From a virus, in the IMG/VR virus record IMGVR_UViG_3300040801_004793, positions 57,017 through 121,016 of that record: a stretch of 64,000 nucleotides of DNA; one strand, written 5' to 3'. Shown one piece after another: positions 18,964 through 30,600 of this stretch (position 1 is its first letter; every line of letters begins with the position of its first letter). A program made the position numbers and the translations under genes. The notes under the pieces are model-generated. The model was given only the letters and a program-made list of their open reading frames with translations, did no database searches and was not told where the DNA came from.

Positions 18964-21489
18964 TTATACGGGTATAGGGTTAGGGCTGTTAGGATCTGCT
19001 CTGTTACGTCTCGTACGCACGTTTGCAAAGACATTTTTAGTGCCAAGATTACTGCTACTTGAGTTATACGTAGCTGCCATATCTAGGCCATCTAATTGCT
19101 TTTCAAACTTTTTATTTATCTTAATATCTGATCTACTCGGAATGTTCCACACTCCCAAACTTACAGACGTACCATCACAAGTGACTAACAACTCACCGTC
19201 TACAAAACCCTGGTAGTTTAAGGTAAAGCTAACATTCTTTGCTCTTTTAGGGTGTTTATTAAAAGTATCAACTGTAGTTACAAAATCCCCCGGTGTAAGT
19301 TCGGGATAAAACCAAGCTAGAGTAATACTCTCTTCGCTAGCTTGCAGAAAATTTTGAACCGCTAATTGATACCTAGCTGAGTCAATAGCAGTATCTAATA
19401 AACTTGTATTTACAGAAATACTGTCTAGAGTGTTATAAAACTTAGAAGTGTCTTTCCCCGAAATGTAATAACTAGTTAAAGTATTTACGTACCTACTATT
19501 TAATCCGAAGGGTGTTCTTACTCTATTAAGTTCACTTCTTCTAGCGTATCTATCTTGTAATACGTCGGGAGAAGATGGCCTGCCTAAATTTTCACTAAAT
19601 TTTATCTTCTGCAAACTATGTTGGAATTTATAATCCTGGCTGCTTGCGGAAGAAGAATACTCCATAAAGCTATCTTCTTCAATGTCTCTATTTCTTTCTA
19701 CTTTTTTTCTAGTCCAACGAGAAGGTTGAACTTCTCTTTTTACGAAAGAATAAGTATCCTCCCCCGTACTAAGGTCTTCTTGCAATCTAAGAAGTCTAAG
19801 TTCTTCAGCTTTTTGCTCGTCTGTTAGATTGGGATTTTCAGATATTTTCTTTCGTTCATCACGAATAATAATGTTTTCGGGATTATCCATGCTATTAAAA
19901 GCATGAGTCTGATTTACTTCAGATATTACCATCATTGGGTAAATATAAGTTCTTGAAGGAGTTGCTACGATTACTTCTTGTTTTCCGTCAAGACCAATAT
20001 CTTGAAGAGTGGCTTTTTGAGTTTCAAAAGGAACATCTTCACTAGGATCATAATAATCTAGCGGATCTTCTAGATAACTAAGTTTTTGTTCTTTAAGCGG
20101 CATTTTTCTAAATTGAATTGCCTCCCAGAGTCTTTCAAAATACTCAAGATCAATGCCAGTGTTTTCTCCACTATCTATCTCTTCTCTCAGTATTCGACTA
20201 TCTGTATTACCATCGTTTAATTGTTCCTGACTAAATCTTCCCAATTTCCAACCTGTAGTTAGTACTTCAACTAGGTACTTATTTTTAAAAGTTGTACTAA
20301 TAGGTCTTCCTACCTCGTCTCTATAAACTACAGTAAAAACTTTCTTTGTCTTTTTATCTCTCACGAGTAAACGTGCAGAAGCTTCGAGCTTTTTATAGAT
20401 ATATTTAGTTTTTCTGTATTCAATTAAAGTCCAGAAAGATTGTGGATTTTGGCTTAAAAGAGGAGGAGTGTCAGTGGGAGCATCTGGTAGTTCAGCTAGA
20501 GGGTTGTGAATTTCCACAGCTAGGTAGGCCAGGCCATATTGAAAACTCTCTTCTTCAATTAACTTATTGTTTATATACTTAGTTCTTCTAAAACTTTTTC
20601 TCGGTCCACTACTGTCAAAGTTTAAGTCTAGTGTTGTAATAGTTCTAAGATCTCTGGGAACAATAGTGGGATTGTCATCACCTTCTATTAGAGTTCTTTT
20701 AAGAGGTGGTCTCTTAATAACCGGGTCATTTCCGAAAAAGTTTTTTCTGCGAAGAGATCTTACCGCAGCCTCACTTTCCCCGATAACGCCGCCTTTTCCT
20801 TCCAGTCTAGTATTTAAAAATTGAGATGGTTTTTGTACACTACTTTGAATACTATCTAATATTTCATTTGTGGTAAACTTAAATGTTTTACCTTGATCTA
20901 AATCTTTTAGACGAATAGTTTTACCACTGTAGTCTATAAATTTTTTATCTTCTCTCAAAGTCTTACCTAGTTCTCCAGAAACAGTTAAAGCAAACTCTGT
21001 TCCTTGATCACTAGGAATTGTAATTTCTCGATCATTACCTGCGTAACTAATACCACCTCTTTCTGCAAGGTTTTTGAGACTAATAGTACTCGCTAGAGAA
21101 ATTCTATTTAAATCGTTTTCATCATAACGTTTTACATAGACTGGTTTTTCTAGAGCCGTAACATTATAACCTTCTAGATTTACAGAAACAGAGTAAGTCG
21201 TAAGAGCGGTTTGCAGACCAGGACCCTCTAGAGTATCTCTTGTTTCTGCATAGTTCGAGATTCTAAACCAATAATCGTAAATTCTTAATTCTCTACCGAG
21301 GTTATTAAGTTCTTTTCGATACAGATTAATTTCGGATTCTGGTATTGCTGTAATACTAATAGAGCCCGAAGGATGCTGTTCAAATCCACACTCGACATTA
21401 ACTGAACCTTCTATAATGGGAACGGGAAGTTCAGGTAGATTAGTTACTCTATTAGAAATAGGTGTGTAAACTCGGGCTAGTGCAGGCAT
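18964..21489 (-). CDS. Tail tip/hub-like structural protein
   Basis: 841 aa, third gene downstream of the tape measure; call is positional. Confidence 0.45.
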   Translation of the reverse strand: MPALARVYTPISNRVTNLPELPVPIIEGSVNVECGFEQHPSGSISITAIPESEINLYRKELNNLGRELRIYDYWFRISNYAETRDTLEGPGLQTALTTYSVSVNLEGYNVTALEKPVYVKRYDENDLNRISLASTISLKNLAERGGISYAGNDREITIPSDQGTEFALTVSGELGKTLREDKKFIDYSGKTIRLKDLDQGKTFKFTTNEILDSIQSSVQKPSQFLNTRLEGKGGVIGESEAAVRSLRRKNFFGNDPVIKRPPLKRTLIEGDDNPTIVPRDLRTITTLDLNFDSSGPRKSFRRTKYINNKLIEEESFQYGLAYLAVEIHNPLAELPDAPTDTPPLLSQNPQSFWTLIEYRKTKYIYKKLEASARLLVRDKKTKKVFTVVYRDEVGRPISTTFKNKYLVEVLTTGWKLGRFSQEQLNDGNTDSRILREEIDSGENTGIDLEYFERLWEAIQFRKMPLKEQKLSYLEDPLDYYDPSEDVPFETQKATLQDIGLDGKQEVIVATPSRTYIYPMMVISEVNQTHAFNSMDNPENIIIRDERKKISENPNLTDEQKAEELRLLRLQEDLSTGEDTYSFVKREVQPSRWTRKKVERNRDIEEDSFMEYSSSASSQDYKFQHSLQKIKFSENLGRPSSPDVLQDRYARRSELNRVRTPFGLNSRYVNTLTSYYISGKDTSKFYNTLDSISVNTSLLDTAIDSARYQLAVQNFLQASEESITLAWFYPELTPGDFVTTVDTFNKHPKRAKNVSFTLNYQGFVDGELLVTCDGTSVSLGVWNIPSRSDIKINKKFEKQLDGLDMAATYNSSSSNLGTKNVFANVRTRRNRADPNSPNPIPV

Positions 21490-22268
21490 AGGGCTATTTT
21501 ACTAAGTCTATTAAATAAGAGACTTCCTGAAGTTATAGAAGTAGACGAATAAAAAGACTTATTTGAATACTGCAAATAATCTATAAAATCAATATTTAGA
21601 TCTGAAGGGTAGGTAAAAGACCACACATCAAATCTTTCTGCATACGATGTAAAGTCTATATCTAATTTTAACAGTAAGCTTTGATTTTCCGTAGCTCCGA
21701 AAGCATAAGATGATTGAATAGTGAGGTTTTTTGAATTAACATCATAATAAAACTCACTATCTCCAAGAGCTTCTGAGTTCTGTTTGCTAAAAGCAAAACC
21801 ACCAGATTCTACTGAACTTATATCACTAAAAGAATAAATAGAATCTACGAAAGAAAAAGTTAAATTAAAGTAGTCGTCCTCTAAAACTTCTACAAATTCA
21901 GAATAATTGTACTCTAAATCCAAAGTACCCAAAAAACTTGTTTCTGTCTTATCTACAACTAAATAAGTAAAATTTGTGAGAAGATCTATAAAGTAACAAT
22001 TTTTTTCTAGATAGAAAAGACTCGTTTTCTCCGTCAGTGTGGGAAATCTAACTGCTCCCTTAAAAATGTATAAGTATAAATTTTCTGGTATGGGATCTTC
22101 AATAAGCGCAGACTGATAAGGTAAAGGTGCAGAACTACTACTCTTCGCCTGAGGGTCAGCTTTAAAAAAGAAAGTGGGGTTTTCTCCCGATACGAAAAGA
22201 TTGACTCCTTTAGAAGAGAGCCGAGTATAACTTTCTAAGGGTAAAGCAGAACTTTCTAATTTAAACAT
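21477..22268 (-). CDS. Hypothetical tail protein
   Basis: Abutting ORF in the tail operon. Confidence 0.5.
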   Translation of the reverse strand: MFKLESSALPLESYTRLSSKGVNLFVSGENPTFFFKADPQAKSSSSAPLPYQSALIEDPIPENLYLYIFKGAVRFPTLTEKTSLFYLEKNCYFIDLLTNFTYLVVDKTETSFLGTLDLEYNYSEFVEVLEDDYFNLTFSFVDSIYSFSDISSVESGGFAFSKQNSEALGDSEFYYDVNSKNLTIQSSYAFGATENQSLLLKLDIDFTSYAERFDVWSFTYPSDLNIDFIDYLQYSNKSFYSSTSITSGSLLFNRLSKIALCLH

Positions 22269-22691
22269 CTAAAACCACTTTAAGCTATTTGCATATATTT
22301 CAATTACGACTTCTTCGAAATACTCAGTTTCATCTGTATCAATATAACTACCTGCCGGGGTGTCAATCATTTTAATAACTCCACCTTGAATGGTATGGCC
22401 TGCTAAATTTAAATTTATACCACCATCAAAAGTGTTGTAATACTCATTGAGTCTTTGAGTAGCAAAATCAACAATACTTTCGTAAACGCTTCTTTCTACT
22501 TGAGTTAGTGTAACGGAGTACTTAAGCCTCACGGATGTAATGTTGTCTACAAAAGTTCCAATTTTAACTGATATTCTTTTATCTCCCCCTTCTTTAGAGA
22601 CTTTTACGTCATCTGGACTTAGGGGGAAATTGCCGATTCCCGGAATAGTGAGAGCATTACTATAAGCGTGTCCGCAGTCTGTAGCAGGCAT
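22269..22691 (-). CDS. Putative distal tail protein
   Basis: 140 aa, directly after the tape measure gene; call is positional. Confidence 0.45.
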   Translation of the reverse strand: MPATDCGHAYSNALTIPGIGNFPLSPDDVKVSKEGGDKRISVKIGTFVDNITSVRLKYSVTLTQVERSVYESIVDFATQRLNEYYNTFDGGINLNLAGHTIQGGVIKMIDTPAGSYIDTDETEYFEEVVIEIYANSLKWF

Positions 22692-25600
22692 TTAGGTTCC
22701 TCCTCTTCTTCTAACTTCATCGAGAAACTCATTCCATCCTTGATAAGTAGACGTTCTAATTTCTTCCTGTAGTTGTCTAATATCTACGTTGTCTGTATTG
22801 CCCTCAATACTAACATTAATGTTTAAGTTGCCTTCAAAGGCTGACGGAATACGATTAATTGGTTCCACAGCAGGGGCAAATGAGTTCACAGCGGCTCTAT
22901 TTGGATTAGTGATAGTAGGACTCGTAAAACCACTTGTGGCCGCTGGAGAGCTCTGTAGGCCTCTTAAAAAGCTTTCTCCTAGAACTTCGAATTCTTCCTG
23001 TCCTTGTCGGGCTCTTAATAAAGCTCTATCTGCAATTTCCCTATCATCACTGCTTCTTCTCGTAGTTTGAGCCACAGCAAATTCAGCTTGTAAAAGATCA
23101 TTTCCTTGTTGTTCTCTAAACTGGAGGTCTCTTAGGCCAGCAAACCTTTGTTGATTTTCTCTTTGCCTCCCCAAACCTACAAGTTGAGCTTCATTTGCTG
23201 CTAAAGAAGCTTCTGCTGCTGTAATTTGAAGAAGTGCGGCTTCTTTTTGTTCTTGCGTGGATGTTTTATCTGCAAGTACTTTGCTAGCTTCGGCTTCTGC
23301 TATAGCAATATTAGCTTTAGCTTGCTCTCTTGCAGCGTTAAGTTCTATCTCCCTAATTTCTAGAGACAGTTCTTTTTGCAACTCATTAATTTTAAAGATC
23401 TCGTACTCAATTTTTTGTTGAGTTTCAAGAGCTTTTAATTTAGCCCTGGCAGCTTCTTCCTCAATTCTTCTTCTTCTCAATTCATTTCTTTGGCCGCTAG
23501 CAGCTAAAGAGTAGTTTTGTTGAGATAGGTCAGAAGCTTTCTGAATTAGTTTCTGCTGCTCTTCTAGAATACTAGTTTGACTTTCCATAATAGAAGTGGC
23601 CGTATCAAGTCCTACTTTGCGAACTTGATTTGTAACTTCTACCTCTTTGGCCTGTAGTTTAATCTTCTCTATCTGCTTATCGTAAGAAGCTAGAATTTCT
23701 CTATTTCTAGCAAGTTCTAGTTCTACTTCAGCAGTTTCTCTTCTAGCTCTGCTTTGAGCATCGAGAGCTTCGAGTTGCTCTTGATTTAGAACTTCTTGCT
23801 TTTCACCAAACTCAATTAGCTGTTCCCCGGTGTTTCTTAGAAGGTCAACCTGTTGATTGAGAGAAACATTTTGAGCTTCTAAAGCCTCCATCTCTTCTTT
23901 AGTGAGGTTTAACTTATCTGCTTGAGCTAGCCTAGAGTTATTTTCCGCAACTTGAGCTTCTGTTTCAGCAGTGCGAATTCTCAACTCAATTTGCTCTCTC
24001 TCCATAGCTAGAGCATTAAGCTCTTGTTGAAAGAGAATATTCTGCTTCTCAAATTCAATCTCTCTTTCTGTAATTTCTAATCTCTGCTCTGCAAGTTCAA
24101 CTTCAATTTGAGCTCTTTCTTCAACGTCCCCCGTTAGTTTGAGTTTATTTTGAAGAGCATTCTGTTCGTAGTCTGCAATAGCCTTAGTAAGACTTTGCTT
24201 ACTACCCATGGCTTTTTGCTCAAACTGAGCAGCTTTCTCAATAAGCTGCATTTCGTTTAGCGTCTCTTGATTAGAGTTACGAATTAAAGCAACCTCGTTA
24301 TCAAGTCGTTGTTTTAAAAGATTGAGATTACTTTCAACAATCTTCCTTCTTCCATTAACTACTCGAAGTTCTGATTCTAATTCAAACTGTTCTATTTCTC
24401 TTCTAACAGATTGAGCTGCTGCACTCTCTTGCCCTTTTAAATCAATGACATTTTGAAGACGCCTCTTCATGCCCGCTAGTTGTTCATCATCAATTTCTCT
24501 TTGAGCGTCTGCTGCTATTTCAGCTTCTTCTACAATATTGATTCGATTTAATTGTTGAAGTGTAGAGACTTGCTCTAGAGCTCTTTTTTGAGCTTTCGTT
24601 CTTTGTTCTACTTCTTGATTAATTAGTTCTGTTTGTAACTCTAACAACTCTTCTATCTGTTTAGCTGTAAGAGCGTCTTTTACTTGACCACTAAAAAATT
24701 CAGAATCAATTTCCGTATCAAGCATGTTTTTAATTAACTCATTACCTGCTTCTGCGTAAGTAGGATCTTCCTCAATACCTTTTCTTACAGCTTCAATAGC
24801 AGTAAATAAATTCTGGGCTATAATATCCTGAGTAATTTTAGCGTCGGGATTTGGAATCTCTGCAATAGTATTTGAGAGATTCTCCATAGTTGCGTTAATA
24901 GCTGCTTGAGCCCTTCTTCCCGCTTGAGAAGCTTGATTTACCGTATTTTCAGAGATAAACTCGATCTCTCCGTTTTCTTGGACTTCCTCTCGAATACCCA
25001 TGATATTGCTAAAAATATCGTAGGTCCTATCTCCTTCAGCTTGAGCTTCTTTTAAAGACTCGACTGTACTTTGAAAAGCATCGTTAGCAGCCTCCTGACT
25101 TTGAGCTGCTTGATTATTTGCGATAGTAGAAGCTATAGCATTTTGATTGCGAAGAAAATCGGTTTGTAATTGAATACCTCTTTCAAGCTCACTTGTTTGT
25201 TCTTGAAGTAATTCTAGTTCTCTTTGTAAAGCTTCTTTGGATTGTGGATCTTTAGTTTTTTCAATTTTTTCTTCTAAACTTGCAATTACATCGTTGTTAG
25301 CTTGCAACTGAAGCCTAGCTGCCCCGGTCTCAGCAGCAATAGTTTCTTCTAGTTCACTTCCTGTAAGAGCCCTTCTTTGTTCTTCTGCTTGACGAATAAG
25401 CTCTTCACCTCTCTCGGTAATCATTTTGCCCTGTTGTTGAGCAATAGTAATTTTTTTACCTTCAAGCCAAAGCTGTCCTAGCAGCTCTGTAGTTTGTTGA
25501 ACTTCTTCTCTTACGCCTGCGGCTAAAAAGTCTTGAGTAGTGCGTTTAACATTATTGACAAAACCTCTTTGGCCTTCACTCACACCAAAGAAAAAGTCAT

Positions 25601-28600
25601 CTATTAATTCTCGGGCTTTTCCTACTTGGTTTGCTATAAATTTAAAAGGAGCTCCAATAATAGGAATTTTGGAAAGTAAGTCATTGATGCCTTGAGTAAT
25701 TCTAAGAGGTAGGTCAATTATAAATTTAATTACATTCCTACCAGTCATTACCATTGCATCTAAAACATTAATAATTCCTCCAATTACACCCTGAGTATAT
25801 TCTAATTCATCAAGTTTTTTTATTTCCTCGTCTACTTCTCCTAAAGCATCAGCAGCTTCTAAAGCGCTTTCTTTCATATCTTTGAAAGTTCGCTGAGCTC
25901 CATCTTCATCTTTAAAACTATCAACGTCTTCTCGGTATTGCTGTACCAGACCAATAGTAACAGAGAGTTCTTTGTTTGTTTCCCCTAGACTATAAGCTAA
26001 TTTTCTATTGCCGTCTGCAAACTGACTTGAAGCTGGAATTAGTTGCTGGAATAATCTTACTAGAACAAAACCTGCCGCAGCAACAGCCGCACCAAGAGCA
26101 ATAAAAGGTGCAGCAGCAGTTATAAAACTTCCTATTACGGTACCCGCTGTTCCCACGGCTCCACTTAAAGCAGCAAAACCCGCCCCGGCTTTAGCGCTTA
26201 GTACACCTAGAGTGGTACTAGCACCACCGGCTTTAATGGCCGCTAAAGAGTAAGTTTTAGCTCCTTTAGATCCTAGTGTTATATTTGCATTTAATAGTTG
26301 TTGAATTCCAGCTAACTTACCCTGTTCTTTAGCTGTAGTAGAGGCAATTCTTCCAGTTTGTCCTAGGGTAGCGTTAAACTTTTCAGTGGTTTGAGTAATG
26401 ACTCTTTGACTTTCTGACAGCTTGCCTGTATTTTTAGACATAGAGCTAAAGACTTCACTCGCTCCTTCAGACAGTTCTCTAGAACTATAGAAGAACCTTG
26501 TGACTCCATCAAGTGCAGAAGCCGCAGCAGGATTTATCCCATATAATAGACCGCTTAAACCATCTAATGAGTTTGCAATTCCATTTACAGCCTTTTGACC
26601 TGAAGTAGATATCTTAGAAGCTTTTTTATCTAAACCTACAGCCGTGTCATTTATTTGACTACTGATGATATTTAAATTAGTTCTTACTCTATCAGCGGTT
26701 TCTTTATCCCCAATTTTGCTGAGCTCTCTATTTGCTACCTCTTGGGCTCTTTCAAATTGTCTTCTAAAGTCTTCATAAAGAATATCTCCATTAATAAAAG
26801 ATCTCAAAGAGTTATTTAAATCATCCGATAACTCTTGTAAATTACCTTTGATCTCCGCAGATAATTTTTCATCTCCCAGAATACCTTTGAAAGCAGCAAG
26901 AACTTTTTGTTTTTTCTTTCCTAGCGTGGTAGATAACTTTTCACCAAAAGTTTCTACCGCTTGAGGTAATTCATTACTAGCTTTTTCTATACTCTGCACT
27001 CCCCTTCTAAGACCTAAAGCTGTTGCCATAACTGCATCAGAAATAGAGTCTCTTCCTTCTAAAGGAGCTTCTAGAGTTTTAGTAAGTTCTTGAATTGCTA
27101 CTTTAATGGAACCTGCCTGAACCCGAATGTCCTTAGGAACATCCTTAAACATATTTGCAAAAGCTACATTAAACTCTGCAATTCTTTTTTGTATGTTTCC
27201 TCTTGAACTGTCTAATAGTTTGTTTACTTCTTTAGCAAGAGGATTCCTATATTTTCTAACACTGTCGGGCATTGCGGCAAAAGTCTCATCAAAGATTTTA
27301 CCTAATGCTACTTTTCTAGTTGATAAATCAGATTCTAAATCTAGTAGTCCACTTTTATTTCGTTGAATAGCCTCAGCGTACGCCTCTTTTACAGAAGCAG
27401 GCATCTGACTAAGAATCGAAGAGTTCATACTAGTGAGAAGTTTCTCAAACTTTTCTGATTGTTTAGAAATTCTTCCCATACCACTTAGAATCTCTTTTTC
27501 AACATCTCCTAAGTATCCTCTTATAGAGGGGCTAGCTTTTGCTCTTAACTGATCAAAAGTACTACCAATTCTACCAACCTTTTCTTCTACGGTTAGATTT
27601 AAATTGGTTAAAGTATCTCCGAATAAACCTTCAATTTCTTTTTGAAGCATAGCAGAGTCACCTCTTACTAGCTGAGGACTCACCATGCCTTTAACAAGAT
27701 TTTTAAAGGTATTTATTTTTTCTTTTGCTGAGAGATTAGATTCAGATAGAGCTTTGTCTATCGTAATCTTAATATCCTTTAGTGCCTGAACTCTAGCTAC
27801 TTTAAGTTGTGAGATGGCTATATTAACCGACTTCATAGCCGCTTTAATACTATCCATTTCTCTCTTAAATCCTTCGGGATCTACTAATTTGAGAGGCGAT
27901 TTATCTAGCTCTTCTTTTTTCTTTTTTAGTTTTTCTAGAGCTTTATTAAAATTGTGAATTGTAGCGTCTTCAAAGTTAATACTCTCACCTTGTTTTTTAA
28001 GTTCTTCTAGAGCTACTTTAGTGCTGTTCATGGAGCGACTTAGTTGAACAGAACTTGTACTTAATTTTTCATTTAATCCTAAAAGTCTAGAAATGCCTCC
28101 GGCCCAGTCTTTTTCTACGAAAATAAGTTGTTTAAGAACTTCCAGCTCTACACCTAGCTGTCCACTTAAAGCTTTACCAGCAAGTCTCATCAAAGCGTAA
28201 CTTACTAGTAACTGACCTATAGAAGCTACAACCGATAGAACAGCTCCTCCGATATTACTAAAAGCTGTTTGAGCTATGACAATTGTGCCTATAACATTTT
28301 TAAGGGGTTCTGGTAACTGCTGTAAAGTTTCTAGAATGTTTCTAAGAATATCAATACCGGGCTGTAGCATTGGAAGAGTTCTTCTACCAAAGTCTACCAT
28401 CACCTCATTAAAACCATTAGCGATAGCCGTAAATTGTTTAATTGTGGATTGATTACCTGCTCCAAACACCCTTTCTAAGTTTGTTCCGTCTGCAATCTCT
28501 CCCATGTTTTGCAGAGTTCCTTGAACAGAGGTAGCGGCTGCTCCGGTAAGAGCAAGTGCGGTACGGAAGGCTAATTGGTCAGGAAGAATCTTTTTAAGAG

Positions 28601-30593
28601 TCTCTTGGTTTCCTCCGGTAGCTTCCATTAATTCTTTTAGAGAAGCATTTAAACCTTTGGCTCTAACAGAGTTAGCGTCAAATCGAATACCCAGAGAAGC
28701 AATCTCTTCTTTAGCTTGAGCTCCTTGACCTGCAATCGCCGACAACAGAGAGGCTACACCAGTAGTAGCTTCTGCGGTACTCGGGCTCACTTTCGTATAA
28801 CCAGCAACAGTAGCAAGAATTTCATCTAGCTCAATACCTAAAGACTGAGCTTGCGGAATTACATCCGGTAAGCTAGAAGCTAGTTCGCCAAATGTAGTCA
28901 CACCCTCTTCTACAACCTGATTTAATTTAGAAGCTGTAGTAGCTGCCTCAGATGCAGATAGTTTATAAATTGTAGTTGTTTTTGATAGGAGGTTTAGTGT
29001 TTCAGCTGCATTAGCTCCTGTACCAGAAGATAATTTAAGAGAAGATTCTAGAAACTTTTGCTGCGAAGCTAAATCAGAAGTGCCATCAATAGCAACACCA
29101 ATACCGGCAGAAAGTGTTTGGTACATAGCTTCTGCTGCTTGTACGCTAGTAACTGTGTTATTAAGCTCGTTTGCTAATTGGGATGTAAAAGCGGCTACGG
29201 ATTCTGTACCGGCTGCTAACCCTTCCATCTGAGTTCTAGCACCTACTCCGAGTGTTGTTACAAAGGCGGCAGCATCTTCTGTTTGAGCAAAAGCTGTTAC
29301 AGCCTGTTTTCCAAATTCTTTAGCAGCTTCCGCACTAAAAAGGAGTTTTTCTCCCATAATGCCAAACTGAAAAGCCATCTCCGCAGCAGAGGTGTCAATT
29401 CCAAGAGCCTGCATCTGGGCAAATACATCCGAAAGACCCGTAGCTTGAATAACTGCTTGATGTAATGTAGAAACTAATTTTTTGAAGCTTTCAAGAGTAG
29501 CTACTAAAGCAGTGTATTTAGTAAGAGTAAGAGCGGCTGTCTTAGCTAACTGACTTCCAGTAACAGTAGCTACTCCTTTTAAGGAGGACTGTATTAGGGA
29601 CATCTTCTGGGAGACCAAAAGAGCTCTACCATTAGTCTTTTCTAAAACAGTGTTACCTAAAGTAAAGGTTTCTTCAAAAGATTCTTTAGTATCTTCAACT
29701 CTCTGCTTTAAATTAACAAAAGCTAAAACAGAGCTACCGATTAAACCTCCTAAAGCTACCTTTTTACCTAAGCCGTCGAAAGTCTTGGAAAGACCATTAA
29801 AGGTCTTACTCATTTTTTCTCCAGCACTATCGACTCTTTCTAATTTTTTAGGATCTAGATTATCACCAAACTCTTTTGCAGCTTGTGAACCACTTTGAAG
29901 ACCCGAGCTAAGATTTCTCATAGAGTTACCAACTTTTTCACTGATAACTCCAATTTGAACTAGTTTTTGAGCAAGAAAATCAAAAACTTTTCCTAAAGTA
30001 TCTACTGCTTTAACTACTAAGTTAATGCCTGTTTTTGCAAGTCCGACTAAAACAAATTCTAGATTTTTAAAAAAGTTAGAAACTTTTTGTAACTTGTCTT
30101 CTACAAAACCGAGGGCTACGCTTAAAGGCTTAGCTACTTTACTTAGAATTACAAGACCTTTTCCGGCTACACCACTAGCATCAGAAATATCACGAAATAA
30201 AGAAGCAGGTCCATCTAAAGCCGTCTCTAAAAACGTGCTTTGTTTGTGTAGGCCTAGAAATCGAATACCCAAGCCCGAGATGCCTTTATTAGTTTCATAT
30301 AAAGCGTCATTAAGCTTTACTGCGTTAGAAGCTGAACCTAAGAAAAAATTTGTGGTATTTTTAGTTTTACGGCCAAAGAGTTGTAGCCCTTCTACCGTAT
30401 CGCTAATTCCCTTAGCCATGTTTTTAAAGTTTGTTGCGGAATCTTTAGTATGTTTATTTAAAGATTCCGCCGCTTCACTACCTTTTTTGGTAGAGACACC
30501 AAACTCTTTAACAGACTTGTTGAGTTTTTCTAATATTTTTCCTAGATTTCCGCCACCTTCAAAGGAAATTGAGGCTCGGGTATTCTTTTCCAT
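22692..30593 (-). CDS. Tail tape measure protein
   Basis: 2633 aa, helical/coiled-coil. TP901-type core (A.AMY..LSAG, EG.TTF.ELA..L..V.P.A..LGI.L.E, LGI.F.A). Confidence 0.93.
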   Translation of the reverse strand: MEKNTRASISFEGGGNLGKILEKLNKSVKEFGVSTKKGSEAAESLNKHTKDSATNFKNMAKGISDTVEGLQLFGRKTKNTTNFFLGSASNAVKLNDALYETNKGISGLGIRFLGLHKQSTFLETALDGPASLFRDISDASGVAGKGLVILSKVAKPLSVALGFVEDKLQKVSNFFKNLEFVLVGLAKTGINLVVKAVDTLGKVFDFLAQKLVQIGVISEKVGNSMRNLSSGLQSGSQAAKEFGDNLDPKKLERVDSAGEKMSKTFNGLSKTFDGLGKKVALGGLIGSSVLAFVNLKQRVEDTKESFEETFTLGNTVLEKTNGRALLVSQKMSLIQSSLKGVATVTGSQLAKTAALTLTKYTALVATLESFKKLVSTLHQAVIQATGLSDVFAQMQALGIDTSAAEMAFQFGIMGEKLLFSAEAAKEFGKQAVTAFAQTEDAAAFVTTLGVGARTQMEGLAAGTESVAAFTSQLANELNNTVTSVQAAEAMYQTLSAGIGVAIDGTSDLASQQKFLESSLKLSSGTGANAAETLNLLSKTTTIYKLSASEAATTASKLNQVVEEGVTTFGELASSLPDVIPQAQSLGIELDEILATVAGYTKVSPSTAEATTGVASLLSAIAGQGAQAKEEIASLGIRFDANSVRAKGLNASLKELMEATGGNQETLKKILPDQLAFRTALALTGAAATSVQGTLQNMGEIADGTNLERVFGAGNQSTIKQFTAIANGFNEVMVDFGRRTLPMLQPGIDILRNILETLQQLPEPLKNVIGTIVIAQTAFSNIGGAVLSVVASIGQLLVSYALMRLAGKALSGQLGVELEVLKQLIFVEKDWAGGISRLLGLNEKLSTSSVQLSRSMNSTKVALEELKKQGESINFEDATIHNFNKALEKLKKKKEELDKSPLKLVDPEGFKREMDSIKAAMKSVNIAISQLKVARVQALKDIKITIDKALSESNLSAKEKINTFKNLVKGMVSPQLVRGDSAMLQKEIEGLFGDTLTNLNLTVEEKVGRIGSTFDQLRAKASPSIRGYLGDVEKEILSGMGRISKQSEKFEKLLTSMNSSILSQMPASVKEAYAEAIQRNKSGLLDLESDLSTRKVALGKIFDETFAAMPDSVRKYRNPLAKEVNKLLDSSRGNIQKRIAEFNVAFANMFKDVPKDIRVQAGSIKVAIQELTKTLEAPLEGRDSISDAVMATALGLRRGVQSIEKASNELPQAVETFGEKLSTTLGKKKQKVLAAFKGILGDEKLSAEIKGNLQELSDDLNNSLRSFINGDILYEDFRRQFERAQEVANRELSKIGDKETADRVRTNLNIISSQINDTAVGLDKKASKISTSGQKAVNGIANSLDGLSGLLYGINPAAASALDGVTRFFYSSRELSEGASEVFSSMSKNTGKLSESQRVITQTTEKFNATLGQTGRIASTTAKEQGKLAGIQQLLNANITLGSKGAKTYSLAAIKAGGASTTLGVLSAKAGAGFAALSGAVGTAGTVIGSFITAAAPFIALGAAVAAAGFVLVRLFQQLIPASSQFADGNRKLAYSLGETNKELSVTIGLVQQYREDVDSFKDEDGAQRTFKDMKESALEAADALGEVDEEIKKLDELEYTQGVIGGIINVLDAMVMTGRNVIKFIIDLPLRITQGINDLLSKIPIIGAPFKFIANQVGKARELIDDFFFGVSEGQRGFVNNVKRTTQDFLAAGVREEVQQTTELLGQLWLEGKKITIAQQQGKMITERGEELIRQAEEQRRALTGSELEETIAAETGAARLQLQANNDVIASLEEKIEKTKDPQSKEALQRELELLQEQTSELERGIQLQTDFLRNQNAIASTIANNQAAQSQEAANDAFQSTVESLKEAQAEGDRTYDIFSNIMGIREEVQENGEIEFISENTVNQASQAGRRAQAAINATMENLSNTIAEIPNPDAKITQDIIAQNLFTAIEAVRKGIEEDPTYAEAGNELIKNMLDTEIDSEFFSGQVKDALTAKQIEELLELQTELINQEVEQRTKAQKRALEQVSTLQQLNRINIVEEAEIAADAQREIDDEQLAGMKRRLQNVIDLKGQESAAAQSVRREIEQFELESELRVVNGRRKIVESNLNLLKQRLDNEVALIRNSNQETLNEMQLIEKAAQFEQKAMGSKQSLTKAIADYEQNALQNKLKLTGDVEERAQIEVELAEQRLEITEREIEFEKQNILFQQELNALAMEREQIELRIRTAETEAQVAENNSRLAQADKLNLTKEEMEALEAQNVSLNQQVDLLRNTGEQLIEFGEKQEVLNQEQLEALDAQSRARRETAEVELELARNREILASYDKQIEKIKLQAKEVEVTNQVRKVGLDTATSIMESQTSILEEQQKLIQKASDLSQQNYSLAASGQRNELRRRRIEEEAARAKLKALETQQKIEYEIFKINELQKELSLEIREIELNAAREQAKANIAIAEAEASKVLADKTSTQEQKEAALLQITAAEASLAANEAQLVGLGRQRENQQRFAGLRDLQFREQQGNDLLQAEFAVAQTTRRSSDDREIADRALLRARQGQEEFEVLGESFLRGLQSSPAATSGFTSPTITNPNRAAVNSFAPAVEPINRIPSAFEGNLNINVSIEGNTDNVDIRQLQEEIRTSTYQGWNEFLDEVRRRGGT

Positions 30594-30600
30594 AGGTTAT